Counted from the first letter of the stretch, positions 1 to 9,991 are shown. The stretch: DNA of 28,631 nucleotides from a bacterium (GCA_041946805.1 JBHGBC010000071.1:1-28631), one strand, 5' to 3'. Numbers and translations: made by a program. The notes: a model not told the origin generated them from the letters alone.

Positions 1-677
1 CATTATTAATCAAGGTGTTGTATGAATTTATGCACAATTTCGGTTCACGGAAACAGGATATACATTTCCTCCCATCCTGTTTTGGAAGACTTTGTCCATC
101 ACCTAACTCATGCATTCCGGCCCGGTTGATTGATGATTTGTAGTAGTTGGTTTTTGTCTGCCCGTTCTCCTTTCTGTCCCTTCCTTCGCAACACATTCCC
201 ATGCGCCTGACGACGGAATTTTGCCGCACACCTCATTCCCCTGAGAGAAACCAGCAGCCTTTCTGGTTCTCTCAACCAATACCGCGAATTCATGCGCATG
301 TCAACGGAAATCGAGAAAATGGATGGATAAATCGGATGAATAATTGGTTAAATGGGTGGGTAAGTCCGGAACGGCTGAAAACGCAGATGGCGGGATGTTG
401 GAAACCAGTGTCTTTACGTGTAGGGATCAGGAACTCCGGCCCGCCGCTTCTTCGCTCAATAATCCCCTCAGGGTTTGGTAGGAGCGACCGGCGGATCGCC
501 CCCGGTCCATTGCGGACAAGATTGTTCGTAGTGTGTTGCCACAGATTAACTTTCCATCTCTTGATGACCCATGGTCAAGTGGGAATAATCGATTTCGTGA
601 AAAACTTCCCCACCCCCTGGATCACCGCCTGACGCGTAACCCATGCATACCCTAAACCTTGTGTGATCCGCCATACT

Positions 678-1484
678 TCACTGGGTCATGTCAACGACGT
701 AGGCGTCTTCCCGGATTTCCGGGATCAAGGCTTCGCTCTTCAGGCCCTGGTTGAGCTTCATCTCCCCGAAATCCACCTGGACGCCGTTCTCGCCCGGCAC
801 GGCGAACCGCTTGGGCAGGTTGGTCCCGCGGTCGATCCATATTTCCCGCACCGGCTCCACATCCTTCATTTTTGAGCGGGGAATCACCCGCACTTTGTAG
901 GTCGGAGTTTTATCGATGGTTTCCTCCAACACCTTGGCGTCGATATAAGCTTTTTCCTTGAGAGTCTCGATATCGAAATCCAAAAAGCCGGCGAGGTACA
1001 TGAACTCCGGAAGGGGTGAAGTCTGTTCGTCCAGCCGCTCGATTTTCAATGTGTTGGAAACCGCGTCATACGTATAGAATTTCCGGCTCACATCGGAGAA
1101 ATACACCTTGAACGGCTCGTCCGGCGTGCCGTTCTCCACTTCCTCCCCCGCCGCCAACGGCACGGGGTGATCGTAGAACTGCAGCAAAAAAACCGGCTCG
1201 GGTTCCGGATTGTCCTTGGTCCCTTTGACCAGATAAACACGGGCCCAGAATTCCTTGGTTTCGCCGCTCTCGTGCCGTTCGGCGTGATGCAGCACCGTTT
1301 GATAATCCGCGATGGTTTCCCAGGCTTTCGCCGCCCGGTCCAGCGCCTCGCGTCCGGGAATGCGCGACTCCCGCGCCGGTTCGACCTGGCCCGCTCCCGC
1401 CAGGGATGCCCAGGTACTTATTTCGATAATCAATAAACAAAACCGCCGGCAGCCGGCGGAACTCATCTTGCGTGTCCGCATCAT
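678..1484 (-). CDS. Secreted LolA-like (outer-membrane lipoprotein carrier/sorting) protein
   Basis: 268-aa ORF with an N-terminal basic then hydrophobic signal. The mature part starts with a helix and 'IADYQTVL' and ends with 'TYKVRVIP...EIWIDRGTNLPKRF...VQVDFGEMKLNQGL', typical of the LolA fold. The exact start is uncertain. Confidence 0.65.
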   Translation of the reverse strand: MMRTRKMSSAGCRRFCLLIIEISTWASLAGAGQVEPARESRIPGREALDRAAKAWETIADYQTVLHHAERHESGETKEFWARVYLVKGTKDNPEPEPVFLLQFYDHPVPLAAGEEVENGTPDEPFKVYFSDVSRKFYTYDAVSNTLKIERLDEQTSPLPEFMYLAGFLDFDIETLKEKAYIDAKVLEETIDKTPTYKVRVIPRSKMKDVEPVREIWIDRGTNLPKRFAVPGENGVQVDFGEMKLNQGLKSEALIPEIREDAYVVDMTQ

Positions 1485-1576
1485 CTTTCAACGCCTTTCT
1501 TCCATCTCATGCCCGGAGGGGCGGAATTGGGAAGCCGGGGTGTGTCACACCGCGCGCCGGGTGCTCCACTCCACTT

Positions 1577-3685
1577 TCACATGAACCAATACAGGCTCGA
1601 ATTCGCCGCCGTGTACCCCGGCAGGTAGACCTCGCTGCCGCCCGGGATCGAAAACGCCGGCCGGCTCCGGGATTCAAATTCCAGATAAAACCAGGCTTCC
1701 TGCGTGGGCGCGATACCCGCCGGTTCCAGGTCCACCACGCCCTCGATCCGCGCGTTTTGAATCCGCGCCGTGTCCGTTCCCCGCGGCGGATAGACGGGAA
1801 TGGTTTTCATCACCGGCTTGGTGATCTGCAACGACACCCGGCTGTGTTCCTCCAGTTGGGTCCCGTCTTTGAATTCGACGTGAAACGCCAAACTGTTATT
1901 CAGGCGGCCGTATAACAGGTCCGCCTCCACGTCCTTGGCTTGGCGCATCGCCGCGCCCCCCGAATTGGAGGACACCAGCTGCGCCCCCACCCAGGGATAA
2001 TACCCCTTGGCCCGGCCCATCGCGTTGGGGGCATGGAAAAGGATGCCCCCGCCCTTGAGTACCCGGCGGGGCTGCTTGATGGGCCGTTTCAGGCCTTCCG
2101 GCGCCGGCAAATCCAGCCGGGCGTAAAGGTGAATCAAATGGTTCCGGAACAGCGCGTCGAACAACATTTCCTGCGTGGACACGTTTTCGTCCCCGTACCA
2201 CCAGAACCAGTCGCTGCCCTCCGCGATATGCAGCAGCCGCCACGCGTCCCGGCGGGTTTCCTCGTCCAAGTCCTTTTGCTTATCCAACAAGGTTTCCCGC
2301 GCCTGCCGTAAAAAATGCCAGGCCGCGTTGTCTTCCTGGTGCCCGATCCAGATCCGGAAATTGCTGTTGATCCACGATCCGGGGAAAATCGAGCGCAGTG
2401 TCGGCTCCGCCGGATACAGCGTCCGGTATTCCGGCGCCGTGACCGGTTGGATCTGGGGATCCTTCAGGATGCCCTCGATCAGGAAGCGCAGAAAATCGTG
2501 CCCGTCGCGCGGGTAATACTCCCAGCAGTTTTCCCCGTCCAAAATCACGCTGACCAACGGCGGGGCTTCCCGCGTCCAATCCTGGCCGATGGCTTTCAAA
2601 TGAGTGATGAAATCGTTCGCCGCCTCCCGTGCGTCCCACCGCTGGTACGTGAATCCGATCAAGTCCGACAAGCCGTGATCCCGGAATACGCAATCGATTT
2701 CCCCGTGCGCCGTCTGCAGCCGGTGCAGCCGGTACAGCTCGTCCCGGCTTGGATCTTTCCCTTCCTGGAAGAACCGGGACCGGAACAGGATGCCCTCGTC
2801 GGCCGCGAAAAACGGCATGCCGGCCTTGGCCATCAAGCCACAGGCCGCGTCCGACACCGAACCTTCCGAGGGCCACATCCCCGCCGGCCGGAAACCCATG
2901 ATCCGCTCGAAGACCTGGATGCCCTCCTGGATGTGCCACTCCGCGTCTTCCGGGAAGGCGAAAGCCGGCTCCGGCACCGGATCCATCGGATTGGAGACCT
3001 TCGCGGCGGCGTTGTCGCACAACAGCGGCAGGATGGGATGAAAATAGGGCGAACAGGTCAGTTCCAAGTTTCCTTGGTGATGCAGCATGCGGTGGATGGG
3101 AATGATCTTCGCCAGAATGTCGCGCTGGACTTCCAGGACCAGGCGTTTTTCTTCCTCCGTGAATCCCCGTTGTTTCTTGATCAATCCCGCCAGCGGCAGG
3201 TTGGGATCCTCCCGCCAGAGGGGATCCACCCATGTCAGGTTGAACCATACCTGCAGATCCCGGAAATCCTCGGCCGTGAAACGCTTGAGCGCGGCGGCGG
3301 CCGAGGCCCCCCGCTTGCGGTACAATTCGTCGTAGCGGGGATGCGGGTGGATCATGCGCGGCGCGTGCGCGTCAAAGAAACGGGACAGGATTTCCGTTTT
3401 CTCTTCGCTGTTGAGTTCCGCCGCCGGTTTCTTGGACAACTCCAACGCCCGGTCGGTCAGCGTGCCATCGACGTACATCTGGATTTGTTCCAAGAGAGAG
3501 GGAACCAGGTTGATCGTCTGTTTCCAGCCCTCGTACTGCTGGCACAACCAGGCGATGTCGTAATAATCCTTGATGCCGTGCAGGCGCACCCAGGGCAGGA
3601 CGGCTTCGCGCGTTCCCGGCTGCACGTACCAAGGCTGGTGCTGATGCCAATGGATATTCAAATAAACCGGTTGGAGGGAGGTCAT
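1577..3685 (-). CDS. Glycoside hydrolase family 57 (amylopullulanase/alpha-amylase-like)
   Basis: GH57 conserved regions: HWHQHQP, PYFHPILPLL, GMWPSEGS (nucleophile Glu), ILDGENCWEYY (acid/base Asp) and AEGSDWFWW. RBS-like AAAGGA precedes the ATG. It lies downstream of glgA. Confidence 0.93.
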   Translation of the reverse strand: MTSLQPVYLNIHWHQHQPWYVQPGTREAVLPWVRLHGIKDYYDIAWLCQQYEGWKQTINLVPSLLEQIQMYVDGTLTDRALELSKKPAAELNSEEKTEILSRFFDAHAPRMIHPHPRYDELYRKRGASAAAALKRFTAEDFRDLQVWFNLTWVDPLWREDPNLPLAGLIKKQRGFTEEEKRLVLEVQRDILAKIIPIHRMLHHQGNLELTCSPYFHPILPLLCDNAAAKVSNPMDPVPEPAFAFPEDAEWHIQEGIQVFERIMGFRPAGMWPSEGSVSDAACGLMAKAGMPFFAADEGILFRSRFFQEGKDPSRDELYRLHRLQTAHGEIDCVFRDHGLSDLIGFTYQRWDAREAANDFITHLKAIGQDWTREAPPLVSVILDGENCWEYYPRDGHDFLRFLIEGILKDPQIQPVTAPEYRTLYPAEPTLRSIFPGSWINSNFRIWIGHQEDNAAWHFLRQARETLLDKQKDLDEETRRDAWRLLHIAEGSDWFWWYGDENVSTQEMLFDALFRNHLIHLYARLDLPAPEGLKRPIKQPRRVLKGGGILFHAPNAMGRAKGYYPWVGAQLVSSNSGGAAMRQAKDVEADLLYGRLNNSLAFHVEFKDGTQLEEHSRVSLQITKPVMKTIPVYPPRGTDTARIQNARIEGVVDLEPAGIAPTQEAWFYLEFESRSRPAFSIPGGSEVYLPGYTAANSSLYWFM

Positions 3686-3755
3686 GGTCCTTTTCTTTTT
3701 GCTCTTGCGTGGGCTTCTTCCATGATCGGCATGATAGTTCAGTATAATAAGTGTT

Positions 3756-3786
3756 GCAGGGTGGATTGAGCGAAGCGGTATCCACC
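3756..3786 (+). repeat. REP-like palindrome GCAGGGTGGAT-TGAGCGAAGCGGT-ATCCACC
   Basis: Perfect 7-bp stem GGTGGAT/ATCCACC preceded by GCAG. It is related to the element at 12891-12923. Confidence 0.55.
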
Positions 3787-4016
3787 TCCTCTCCGGGCTC
3801 CGGAACCGCGTACCCGGTGCGTTGGGCGGGGATCCAGATTGAGGGAAAGCACGCGTGACCCAATCCGGTACGCCTTAAATCCATGATTCACTTCCCACCG
3901 TGTATTTTCGAGCGCTGTGGCAAAAGCCGGGGGGGTATCCATTGGTTTCTGCCCGGAATAATCCTGCCCTTTTTGACCGCCTGCGCTTCGTTTTCATGGC
4001 CTGCCTTGTTCCCCCC

Positions 4017-5459
4017 TCACTCCCTGACCAACGATTGATACACCCGGAGGTACTCGCCGGCGGAACGGTCCCAGGAGAAATCCATCCGCATCCCCCGGCG
4101 CGCCAGGGTCAACCACGCCTCGCGGTCTTCGAAATACGAGATGGCCCGCTCGCAGGCCTCCAGCAGCGCCGCGGGGGTGGCCTCCTCGAAGAGAAAACCG
4201 GTGCCGTCGCGCGATTCCCCCACGTCCAGCACCGTGTCCACCAGCCCGCCCGTGGCCCGCGCCACTGGGACCGTGCCATAGCGCAACGAATACATCTGGT
4301 TTAGTCCGCAGGGTTCATACAACGACGGCATCAGGAACATATCGGCGCCCGCCTCGATCTGGTGCGCCAGGCGGTTGTCGAAGGCGATGGCCACTCCGCA
4401 GGACTCGGGATATTGTTTCTGCAGCCCCCGGTACATTTCTTCGAGTTTGGGATCCCCCGTGCCCAGGATGACCACTTGCGTTCCCCGGCGGATCAGGCTG
4501 GGCAGCACCGCGCCCAGCAAATCCAATCCCTTCTGGTGCGCCAGCCGCGAGATCACGCCCAGGAGCGGCGCGCGTCCCGCCGGTTCGCTCAGTCCGAATT
4601 CCTTCCGCAGCGCCCGCCGGTTCGTGTCTTTCCCCTCTTCCACCGTGTCGATCGAGTAACGGGCCGCGATCTGGGTGTCCACTTCGGGCGACCAGACGCG
4701 GTAATCCACGCCGTTCAACACGCCCGACACTTTCTTTTGGTGCTTCGCCAACACCCCCTCCAATCCGCAGCCGTACGCCTTGGTCTGGATCTCCCGCGCG
4801 TACGTGGGACTGACCGTGGTCACCGCGTCGGCGAACACAATGGCTCCCTTCATCAAGTTCAGCTGATTGTAGAACTCCAACGCCTCCACGTGGTAATGCT
4901 CCCACCCGATCCCCGTCACCGGGAACAGAAACGGTGGAAACACGCCCTGGTAGGCCAAGTTGTGAATCGTGAAAACCGTCCTGATCCCCCCGAGGACCGG
5001 ATGCCCCGCGTGAACCGTTTTGAGGTAGATCGGCAACAGGGCTGTCTGCCAGTCATTGGCGTGCAGCAGATCGGGTTGGCAATGCCCCCGCTCGATGATC
5101 TCCAACACTCCCCGGCAAAAAAACGTGAACCGTTCAAGGTTGTCCGGGTAATCTTTCCCCTTTTCGGTGTACAGCTCGTTCCGGTGAAAAAATTCATCCT
5201 GCTCGATCAGGTACACGGGCGCCGGTTCGTCCGGCAGCCTTGTCCGCGCCAACCGGCCCGCCACCAGAGTGTCCTCGATGGGGACCTGGATCGCGCCCAG
5301 ATCTTCGCACTCGGCCTGCACCTGACGGTATTTCGGCATGACCAGCGACACCTCCACGCCTTGACGGCGCAAGGCCGCCGGCAACGACCGCTGAACGTCC
5401 GCCAATCCGCCCGTCTTCGCGAAGGGATCGATCTCCGATGCGGCTATCAAGACTTTCAT
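4017..5459 (-). CDS. glgA: Glycogen synthase (GT5)
   Basis: KTGGLADV ADP-glucose motif, HANDWQT, FTIHNLAYQG, ISRLAHQKG and MPSLYEPCGLNQMYSLRYGT in a 480-aa ORF. Confidence 0.97.
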   Translation of the reverse strand: MKVLIAASEIDPFAKTGGLADVQRSLPAALRRQGVEVSLVMPKYRQVQAECEDLGAIQVPIEDTLVAGRLARTRLPDEPAPVYLIEQDEFFHRNELYTEKGKDYPDNLERFTFFCRGVLEIIERGHCQPDLLHANDWQTALLPIYLKTVHAGHPVLGGIRTVFTIHNLAYQGVFPPFLFPVTGIGWEHYHVEALEFYNQLNLMKGAIVFADAVTTVSPTYAREIQTKAYGCGLEGVLAKHQKKVSGVLNGVDYRVWSPEVDTQIAARYSIDTVEEGKDTNRRALRKEFGLSEPAGRAPLLGVISRLAHQKGLDLLGAVLPSLIRRGTQVVILGTGDPKLEEMYRGLQKQYPESCGVAIAFDNRLAHQIEAGADMFLMPSLYEPCGLNQMYSLRYGTVPVARATGGLVDTVLDVGESRDGTGFLFEEATPAALLEACERAISYFEDREAWLTLARRGMRMDFSWDRSAGEYLRVYQSLVRE

Positions 5460-7405
5460 GATCGCGCTGTGGCTTCCCCCGATCTGTCCCGTTCTCCGGC
5501 CGGCGGGCCGGCCGTCCCGGCGTTCGCTTCCTCATACCAGCTCAGATCCGGCTGGCGGTCGGGACGCCCCGCCAAGGTTTCCAGGTACCGGACCACGGCT
5601 TGCATCCCCTCGGGCTGCGTCCGGGCCGGATGGGCCTCCAGAAATGACTTCATCAACGCGTCCCGGATTTCCTTCGTCAGGCTTTGGACCACCTGCCGGC
5701 CGATGACGCCGCGCGCCTCCTCGTAGGTCATCGGCCGGGAAGGCTCGATATCCTTCACGTAATATATCTCATACCCAAACCGGTTTTTCGATAGATTATA
5801 CACGCGCCGCGGACGGCCGATTTCTCCCGCCTCCAGGCCCTTCACCGGTTCCACCTGGCTGGGCCCGAGATCGCCCAGCGCCACCTGGCCCAACGGTCCT
5901 CCAGTGACCGGCAAGGAACTATGCTGCGGGAGTTGGGTCAGCGCCTCCTCGAAGGAAAGGCCTTCCCGCATCGCCGCGTACGCCCGGTTGGCTTCCGCCT
6001 CCGCTTTCTGGAACAGGATCAGCGTATCGTAATGCGGGGTGGAGGCTTGCACCGGCGCGCTGAAGAACATCACATGCAGGTCGTACCGGTTGGGGGTCTG
6101 AAAGTCGGGCAGGGTACGGTTTTGTTCATAAAATGCCCGCATTTGTTCCTCGGTCAACGCCCCCCGTTTGTCCACTGCCGACAAGATGTAATCCTGCGCC
6201 AATTGGTGCTGTTCCCAGTACGCCAGCGCCGGGGCAATCTCGTTTTCTCCCCACCCCCGGCCAAGGGCCTCGGCCAGAAACAGCGCCTTGTGCGTCAGGA
6301 ACGACAGGTATTCCTCCCGCGCCTCGGCCGTCCGTTTGCCGTTGGCCGCCGCCAGCCGCTCGAAATCACCCACCGTCAATTGATACACTCCGGGTATGGA
6401 GAGGATCACCGCCTGGGGATCCAGCGCCGCCGTGTCCTTCAGCCAGTCCAGGTTCACCAGCAGGCCGTGTTTCAGTTTCAATTCCTGGGCGTAAAGGAAC
6501 ACGCCTTGATTCTGCAATTCCTGCGTCCGCGTGGCGAGGATCGCGGGGCGGGCTTCTTCATAGGGAATATACTCCGGCGGCACGAAACGCAGACGCTTGA
6601 AGATGAAGAATTGATTCCCGGCCTCGAACACCTCGCTGACCTGCCCGTCCTTGAGCTCCATCAGCCGCCGTTCGATTTCCGGATCCGCCAGTCCGGGTGG
6701 AATTTCATTTTCCTTGCCCCGCTTTTCCGCCGGGGCGTCCGAATAGGTTTGCGCCACCGCCTCGAAGGGCGCGCCCGACTCGAGTTTCCCCCGCGCTTCC
6801 CGCGCCAACGCCTCCGCCTTCTCTCGTCCCCGCGGTTCCATCAGGATCCGGATGCCCTGGACTACATATACGTTTGTGTTCCTTTGAATGAACAACCGGT
6901 TCCGGTTTTCCTGGTAATACCGCTGATTGTCCGCCTCGGTGACCTGGATTTTCTTCAGGACCTCTTCCAGGAAAACCCGTTGAAACAGTTCATCCTGGAT
7001 GACATCTTTCCGGAACGCCTGGAACGTTCCCCGCCGGTCCAGGCCCGCCCCCCGCGCCCGTTCCGCCAGGTCCCGCTCGAAGCCGAGGGTTTTGGCGAGC
7101 TCTTCCATCCGCTGGGGCAGATCCTTCAACGCTTGACCGGCCGCCACTTCCGCGAAATCGTGCGATTCCTGGAACGCGATCAGAAAATCCCGCGCCGTCA
7201 CTGTCCGGTCTCCCAACGTCATTACCACCGCGTCGGGATCCGGCCGCGCCAGCTCTTCTTCCCGTCGTCCGCATTGAGCGCCGAGTATCACTAGCAATGC
7301 AGCCAGCCCGGCCGCCCAACATACAGTTCGCGCGTGGTTCACTCTCATCGGCAATCTTTTGCGATCCTTTCTCCGCTCAATCCGTGCCCCCTCCGTGCCC
7401 TCCAT
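5456..7405 (-). CDS. Periplasmic or lipoprotein peptidyl-prolyl isomerase (PrsA/SurA-like, two parvulin-like domains)
   Basis: Hydrophobic signal ending LGAQC (possible lipobox; alternative ATG at 7348), 'VVMTLGDRTVTARDF', 'FEAVAQTYSD', 'LKDGQVSEV' and a second 'GLSFEEAL...LEAGEIGRP' unit. Its stop overlaps the glgA start (ATGA). Confidence 0.8.
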   Translation of the reverse strand: MEGTEGARIERRKDRKRLPMRVNHARTVCWAAGLAALLVILGAQCGRREEELARPDPDAVVMTLGDRTVTARDFLIAFQESHDFAEVAAGQALKDLPQRMEELAKTLGFERDLAERARGAGLDRRGTFQAFRKDVIQDELFQRVFLEEVLKKIQVTEADNQRYYQENRNRLFIQRNTNVYVVQGIRILMEPRGREKAEALAREARGKLESGAPFEAVAQTYSDAPAEKRGKENEIPPGLADPEIERRLMELKDGQVSEVFEAGNQFFIFKRLRFVPPEYIPYEEARPAILATRTQELQNQGVFLYAQELKLKHGLLVNLDWLKDTAALDPQAVILSIPGVYQLTVGDFERLAAANGKRTAEAREEYLSFLTHKALFLAEALGRGWGENEIAPALAYWEQHQLAQDYILSAVDKRGALTEEQMRAFYEQNRTLPDFQTPNRYDLHVMFFSAPVQASTPHYDTLILFQKAEAEANRAYAAMREGLSFEEALTQLPQHSSLPVTGGPLGQVALGDLGPSQVEPVKGLEAGEIGRPRRVYNLSKNRFGYEIYYVKDIEPSRPMTYEEARGVIGRQVVQSLTKEIRDALMKSFLEAHPARTQPEGMQAVVRYLETLAGRPDRQPDLSWYEEANAGTAGPPAGERDRSGEATARS

Positions 7406-7533
7406 GATTCAATCCGCCTATCCACCGCCACCCCGTTTATCATGGTCTATCCGGTTCCTGAAAAACCTCCGCGGCCTCCGCGTCTCGTCGGTGAAATAGA
7501 ATGTTTCCCTTCCCGGCCGGCATAGCCTCCCCC

Positions 7534-8430
7534 TCAATGCGTCCACAGGTTGATCCGCACGATCAAGTCCGCGATCAGGCCCAGGACGAACATCTGCGCG
7601 CCGGCCATGGCCAGCACGATGAAGGTGGCGTCCATGAATTGTCCGGTCAACGGTTTGCTGAACAGCAACACCGCCAGCGCCAGGAGGCCCAACAGGAAAC
7701 TGAGGGGGAGAAACACGTTGAGCGGACGCAGCAACACCACCGTCCGCAAGATCACCAAAATCATGTTCCATGTGTCCCGGATGGGATGAAACTTCGACTT
7801 CCCCGCCCGCTTCTGGTACTGAATGGGGTGAAAATACACCCGCTTCCCCATCGAAAGGAACGCAACCGTAATCGTGGTCGTCAATGAAAATCCGTCCGGC
7901 AACAGTTTCTGAATCCTCTCGAGCGGCGCGCGCCGGATGGCCCGCAGTCCCGAGTTCAAATCCGGTATGGGCCGCCGCACCATCCATCCCGCAAACTGGC
8001 GGATCAGCCACTTGGCCGGCCGCCGCGTCCAGGGAACCCGGGCTTGAGGACCCAGCCGCGCCCCCACGACCATGTCGTATTCTTCCAAATGCCGGATGAC
8101 CGCCAAAATCTCCTCCAACCGGTACGTCCCGTCCGAATCGATGATCACCACCGCCTCGCCCCGGCTATGCTCCAGCCCGGTCTTGATCGCCGCTCCGTAA
8201 CCCCGGTTCTCCTCGTGCCGGATCACGGGATAAGGCTGCCCCCGCAGGATATCGGGCGTGCCGTCATCCGAGCCGTCATCCACCAGCGTGACTTCCATGG
8301 AATAGGGAACCGACTCGATCACCCGCTGGATTTCCGATAAAAAGGCGGGCAACCCCTCCGCCTCGTTATACACGGGGATAATGAGGGAGACACCCTGGCT
8401 GACCGGGGATTCCGGGGACGATTCGGCCAT
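7534..8430 (-). CDS. Glycosyltransferase family 2 (polyprenol-phosphate glycosyltransferase, DPM-synthase/GtrB-like)
   Basis: SLIIPVYNE, VDDGSDD, NRGYGAAIKTG, IDSDGTY and DLNSGLR motifs, plus two C-terminal TM helices. RBS GAGGAG upstream. Confidence 0.9.
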   Translation of the reverse strand: MAESSPESPVSQGVSLIIPVYNEAEGLPAFLSEIQRVIESVPYSMEVTLVDDGSDDGTPDILRGQPYPVIRHEENRGYGAAIKTGLEHSRGEAVVIIDSDGTYRLEEILAVIRHLEEYDMVVGARLGPQARVPWTRRPAKWLIRQFAGWMVRRPIPDLNSGLRAIRRAPLERIQKLLPDGFSLTTTITVAFLSMGKRVYFHPIQYQKRAGKSKFHPIRDTWNMILVILRTVVLLRPLNVFLPLSFLLGLLALAVLLFSKPLTGQFMDATFIVLAMAGAQMFVLGLIADLIVRINLWTH

Positions 8431-8538
8431 CCTGCTCCTCGCTGCCGGCGGGGCATGGCTCTCCCGCCCGGACTCACTGTAACCCTAGCCTTTGTGCGCC
8501 GCAAGTCCGGGACATTCTGTCATTTTACCGTAGGGATG

Positions 8539-8567
8539 TTGTGATTTTATGAGAATTCCTCTATAAT
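8539..8567 (+). promoter_or_regulatory. Putative sigma70 promoter TTGTGA-N17-TATAAT
   Basis: Consensus -10 at 8562-8567 with a 17-bp spacer to TTGTGA, about 50 bp upstream of the ATG at 8616. Confidence 0.55.
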
Positions 8568-8615
8568 TTCCCTTGTTCCCAAATGACTTTGATTTATAGG
8601 GGTTAGGGTGTGAAC

Positions 8616-8975
8616 ATGAACGAGGAACGCCTTTTGCGGTGGATCTCGGAAAAAGATCCCCGGTATCATCTGTACGCCTACCGGTTTGTTTTGGAAGCGT
8701 TGCGTTACACCCAATTCGTCTTCAAAAAACCCCGGCATATCACCGGCCAGGAACTGCTGACCGGCATCGCCCGCCTGGGACGCGAACGCTTCGGAGACAT
8801 GGCGCTCACCGTTTTTCAGGAATGGGGAATCCACCATTCCCGCGATTTCGGCAATATCGTCTTCAATCTGGTGGAATTGGGGGAAGTCAAGAAAACCGCC
8901 GAGGACCGCATCGAGGATTTCGACGCCGGTTTTGACCTGCAAGCCGAACTCAGCCGCGCTGAAATAGCCGGCTGA
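8616..8975 (+). CDS. Minf_1886 family protein (small family associated with PVC bacteria)
   Basis: Signature 'AYRFVLEAL...HITGQELL...FGDMALTVFQEWGI...DFGNIVFNLVE'. The ATG at 8616 is preferred; the ORF track starts at GTG 8610. Confidence 0.85.
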   Translation: MNEERLLRWISEKDPRYHLYAYRFVLEALRYTQFVFKKPRHITGQELLTGIARLGRERFGDMALTVFQEWGIHHSRDFGNIVFNLVELGEVKKTAEDRIEDFDAGFDLQAELSRAEIAG

Positions 8976-9004
8976 GCCACTTCCACTCCGCTTTCCCGCT
9001 CCGC

Positions 9005-9991
9005 TTAGGGATTGTCCAACGGTGTGACCGGACTCATCTGGGTCCGGGGACGGATTTCAATTTTGGCCTTCGAACGCAGTCCCTTGATCAATTCCTCGAT
9101 GATCTGCTGTTTTTTGGTCTGCATGACCAGGTCGCTGATGTCGTTCTTCTTCTGCACCTGGACGATGTGATACGCCCCCGGGGTCCGGATCGGATCCGTG
9201 ATGTCTCCGGGCTGCAAGCCGAAAACAATGTCGAATTCCGGATTCAACATGCCTTTTTTGACGGGCGGCAGCAGGCCCCGGTTGCGCCGCGTGGCCTCGT
9301 TCTGCGAAAAGGCCGCCACCAGGTTCGCGAAGGGCTCTCCCGACCGCGCCCGCAGCGCGATTTCTTCCGCTTTTTGCCGGATGGCCTGTTCCTGCTCCGG
9401 CAAGGATCCCGCGGGGATGTTCAACTGGATATGGGCGATTTCCACTTCCCCGCCGGGTTGGGCCTCCGGATGAGTCCGTTGGAATTCCTCGATTTCTTGC
9501 GCCGTGGGACGCTCCACTTGACGCCGCGCCAGCTGGAACGCCACCACTTCGTTCAAGTATTGGTCGTAGTTCATCCGGTATTGTGCCTGCCGGTACTCCT
9601 CCCAGGTCATGCCCATCGATTGTTCCTTCTGGGCCAGATCCTGGGGAGTGGTCAACGTGCTTTGGAAGGCGGCCATTTCCTGATTGGTCTGCCGCTCCAC
9701 TGTCGCGCGGATCCGTTCCAGCTCCTCGGGTGACAGCCGGTTCTTGACTTCCTGAGTGATCAAGGCCTGGTCAATCATCGCGTTGAGGATCCGGTTGCGG
9801 ACCTCCTGGTATTGCTCGTCGTTCATTTGGGTCAGTTTGCGGTCGAGCGCATAGCGGTACACGCGCGCATCCACTTCACCCGACAGAATCAACTCGTCGT
9901 TGACCTTCGCGTCGATGGTTTCCAGGATGCGGGCGTGGACCGCGGGCAGCGCCAGAAACAGGATCAGGCTGATCGGCACGCTCCGTTTCAT
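9005..9991 (-). CDS. SurA-like periplasmic chaperone/PPIase (SurA N-domain plus one parvulin domain)
   Basis: Signal peptide, 'IDAKVNDELILSGEV', 'ILNAMIDQALITQE', 'IAHIQL', 'FANLVAAFSQ' and 'LQPGDITDPIRTPGAYHIV'. Confidence 0.88.
   Translation of the reverse strand: MKRSVPISLILFLALPAVHARILETIDAKVNDELILSGEVDARVYRYALDRKLTQMNDEQYQEVRNRILNAMIDQALITQEVKNRLSPEELERIRATVERQTNQEMAAFQSTLTTPQDLAQKEQSMGMTWEEYRQAQYRMNYDQYLNEVVAFQLARRQVERPTAQEIEEFQRTHPEAQPGGEVEIAHIQLNIPAGSLPEQEQAIRQKAEEIALRARSGEPFANLVAAFSQNEATRRNRGLLPPVKKGMLNPEFDIVFGLQPGDITDPIRTPGAYHIVQVQKKNDISDLVMQTKKQQIIEELIKGLRSKAKIEIRPRTQMSPVTPLDNP

Noticed and set aside
147..632. 161-aa ORF with a TTG start
   Set aside because: No RBS, atypical composition and no motif. 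More likely non-coding.
3750..3905. 6S RNA or tRNA call
   Set aside because: No cloverleaf or T-loop, only weak end-pairing, and the 5' part is explained by a REP-like hairpin. Kept only as a low-interest finding.
2315..7294. Long plus-strand ORFs (2315-3769, 4362-5726, 5921-7294)
   Set aside because: Antisense shadows of GH57, glgA and the PPIase, expected from high-GC codon bias. No recognisable motifs.
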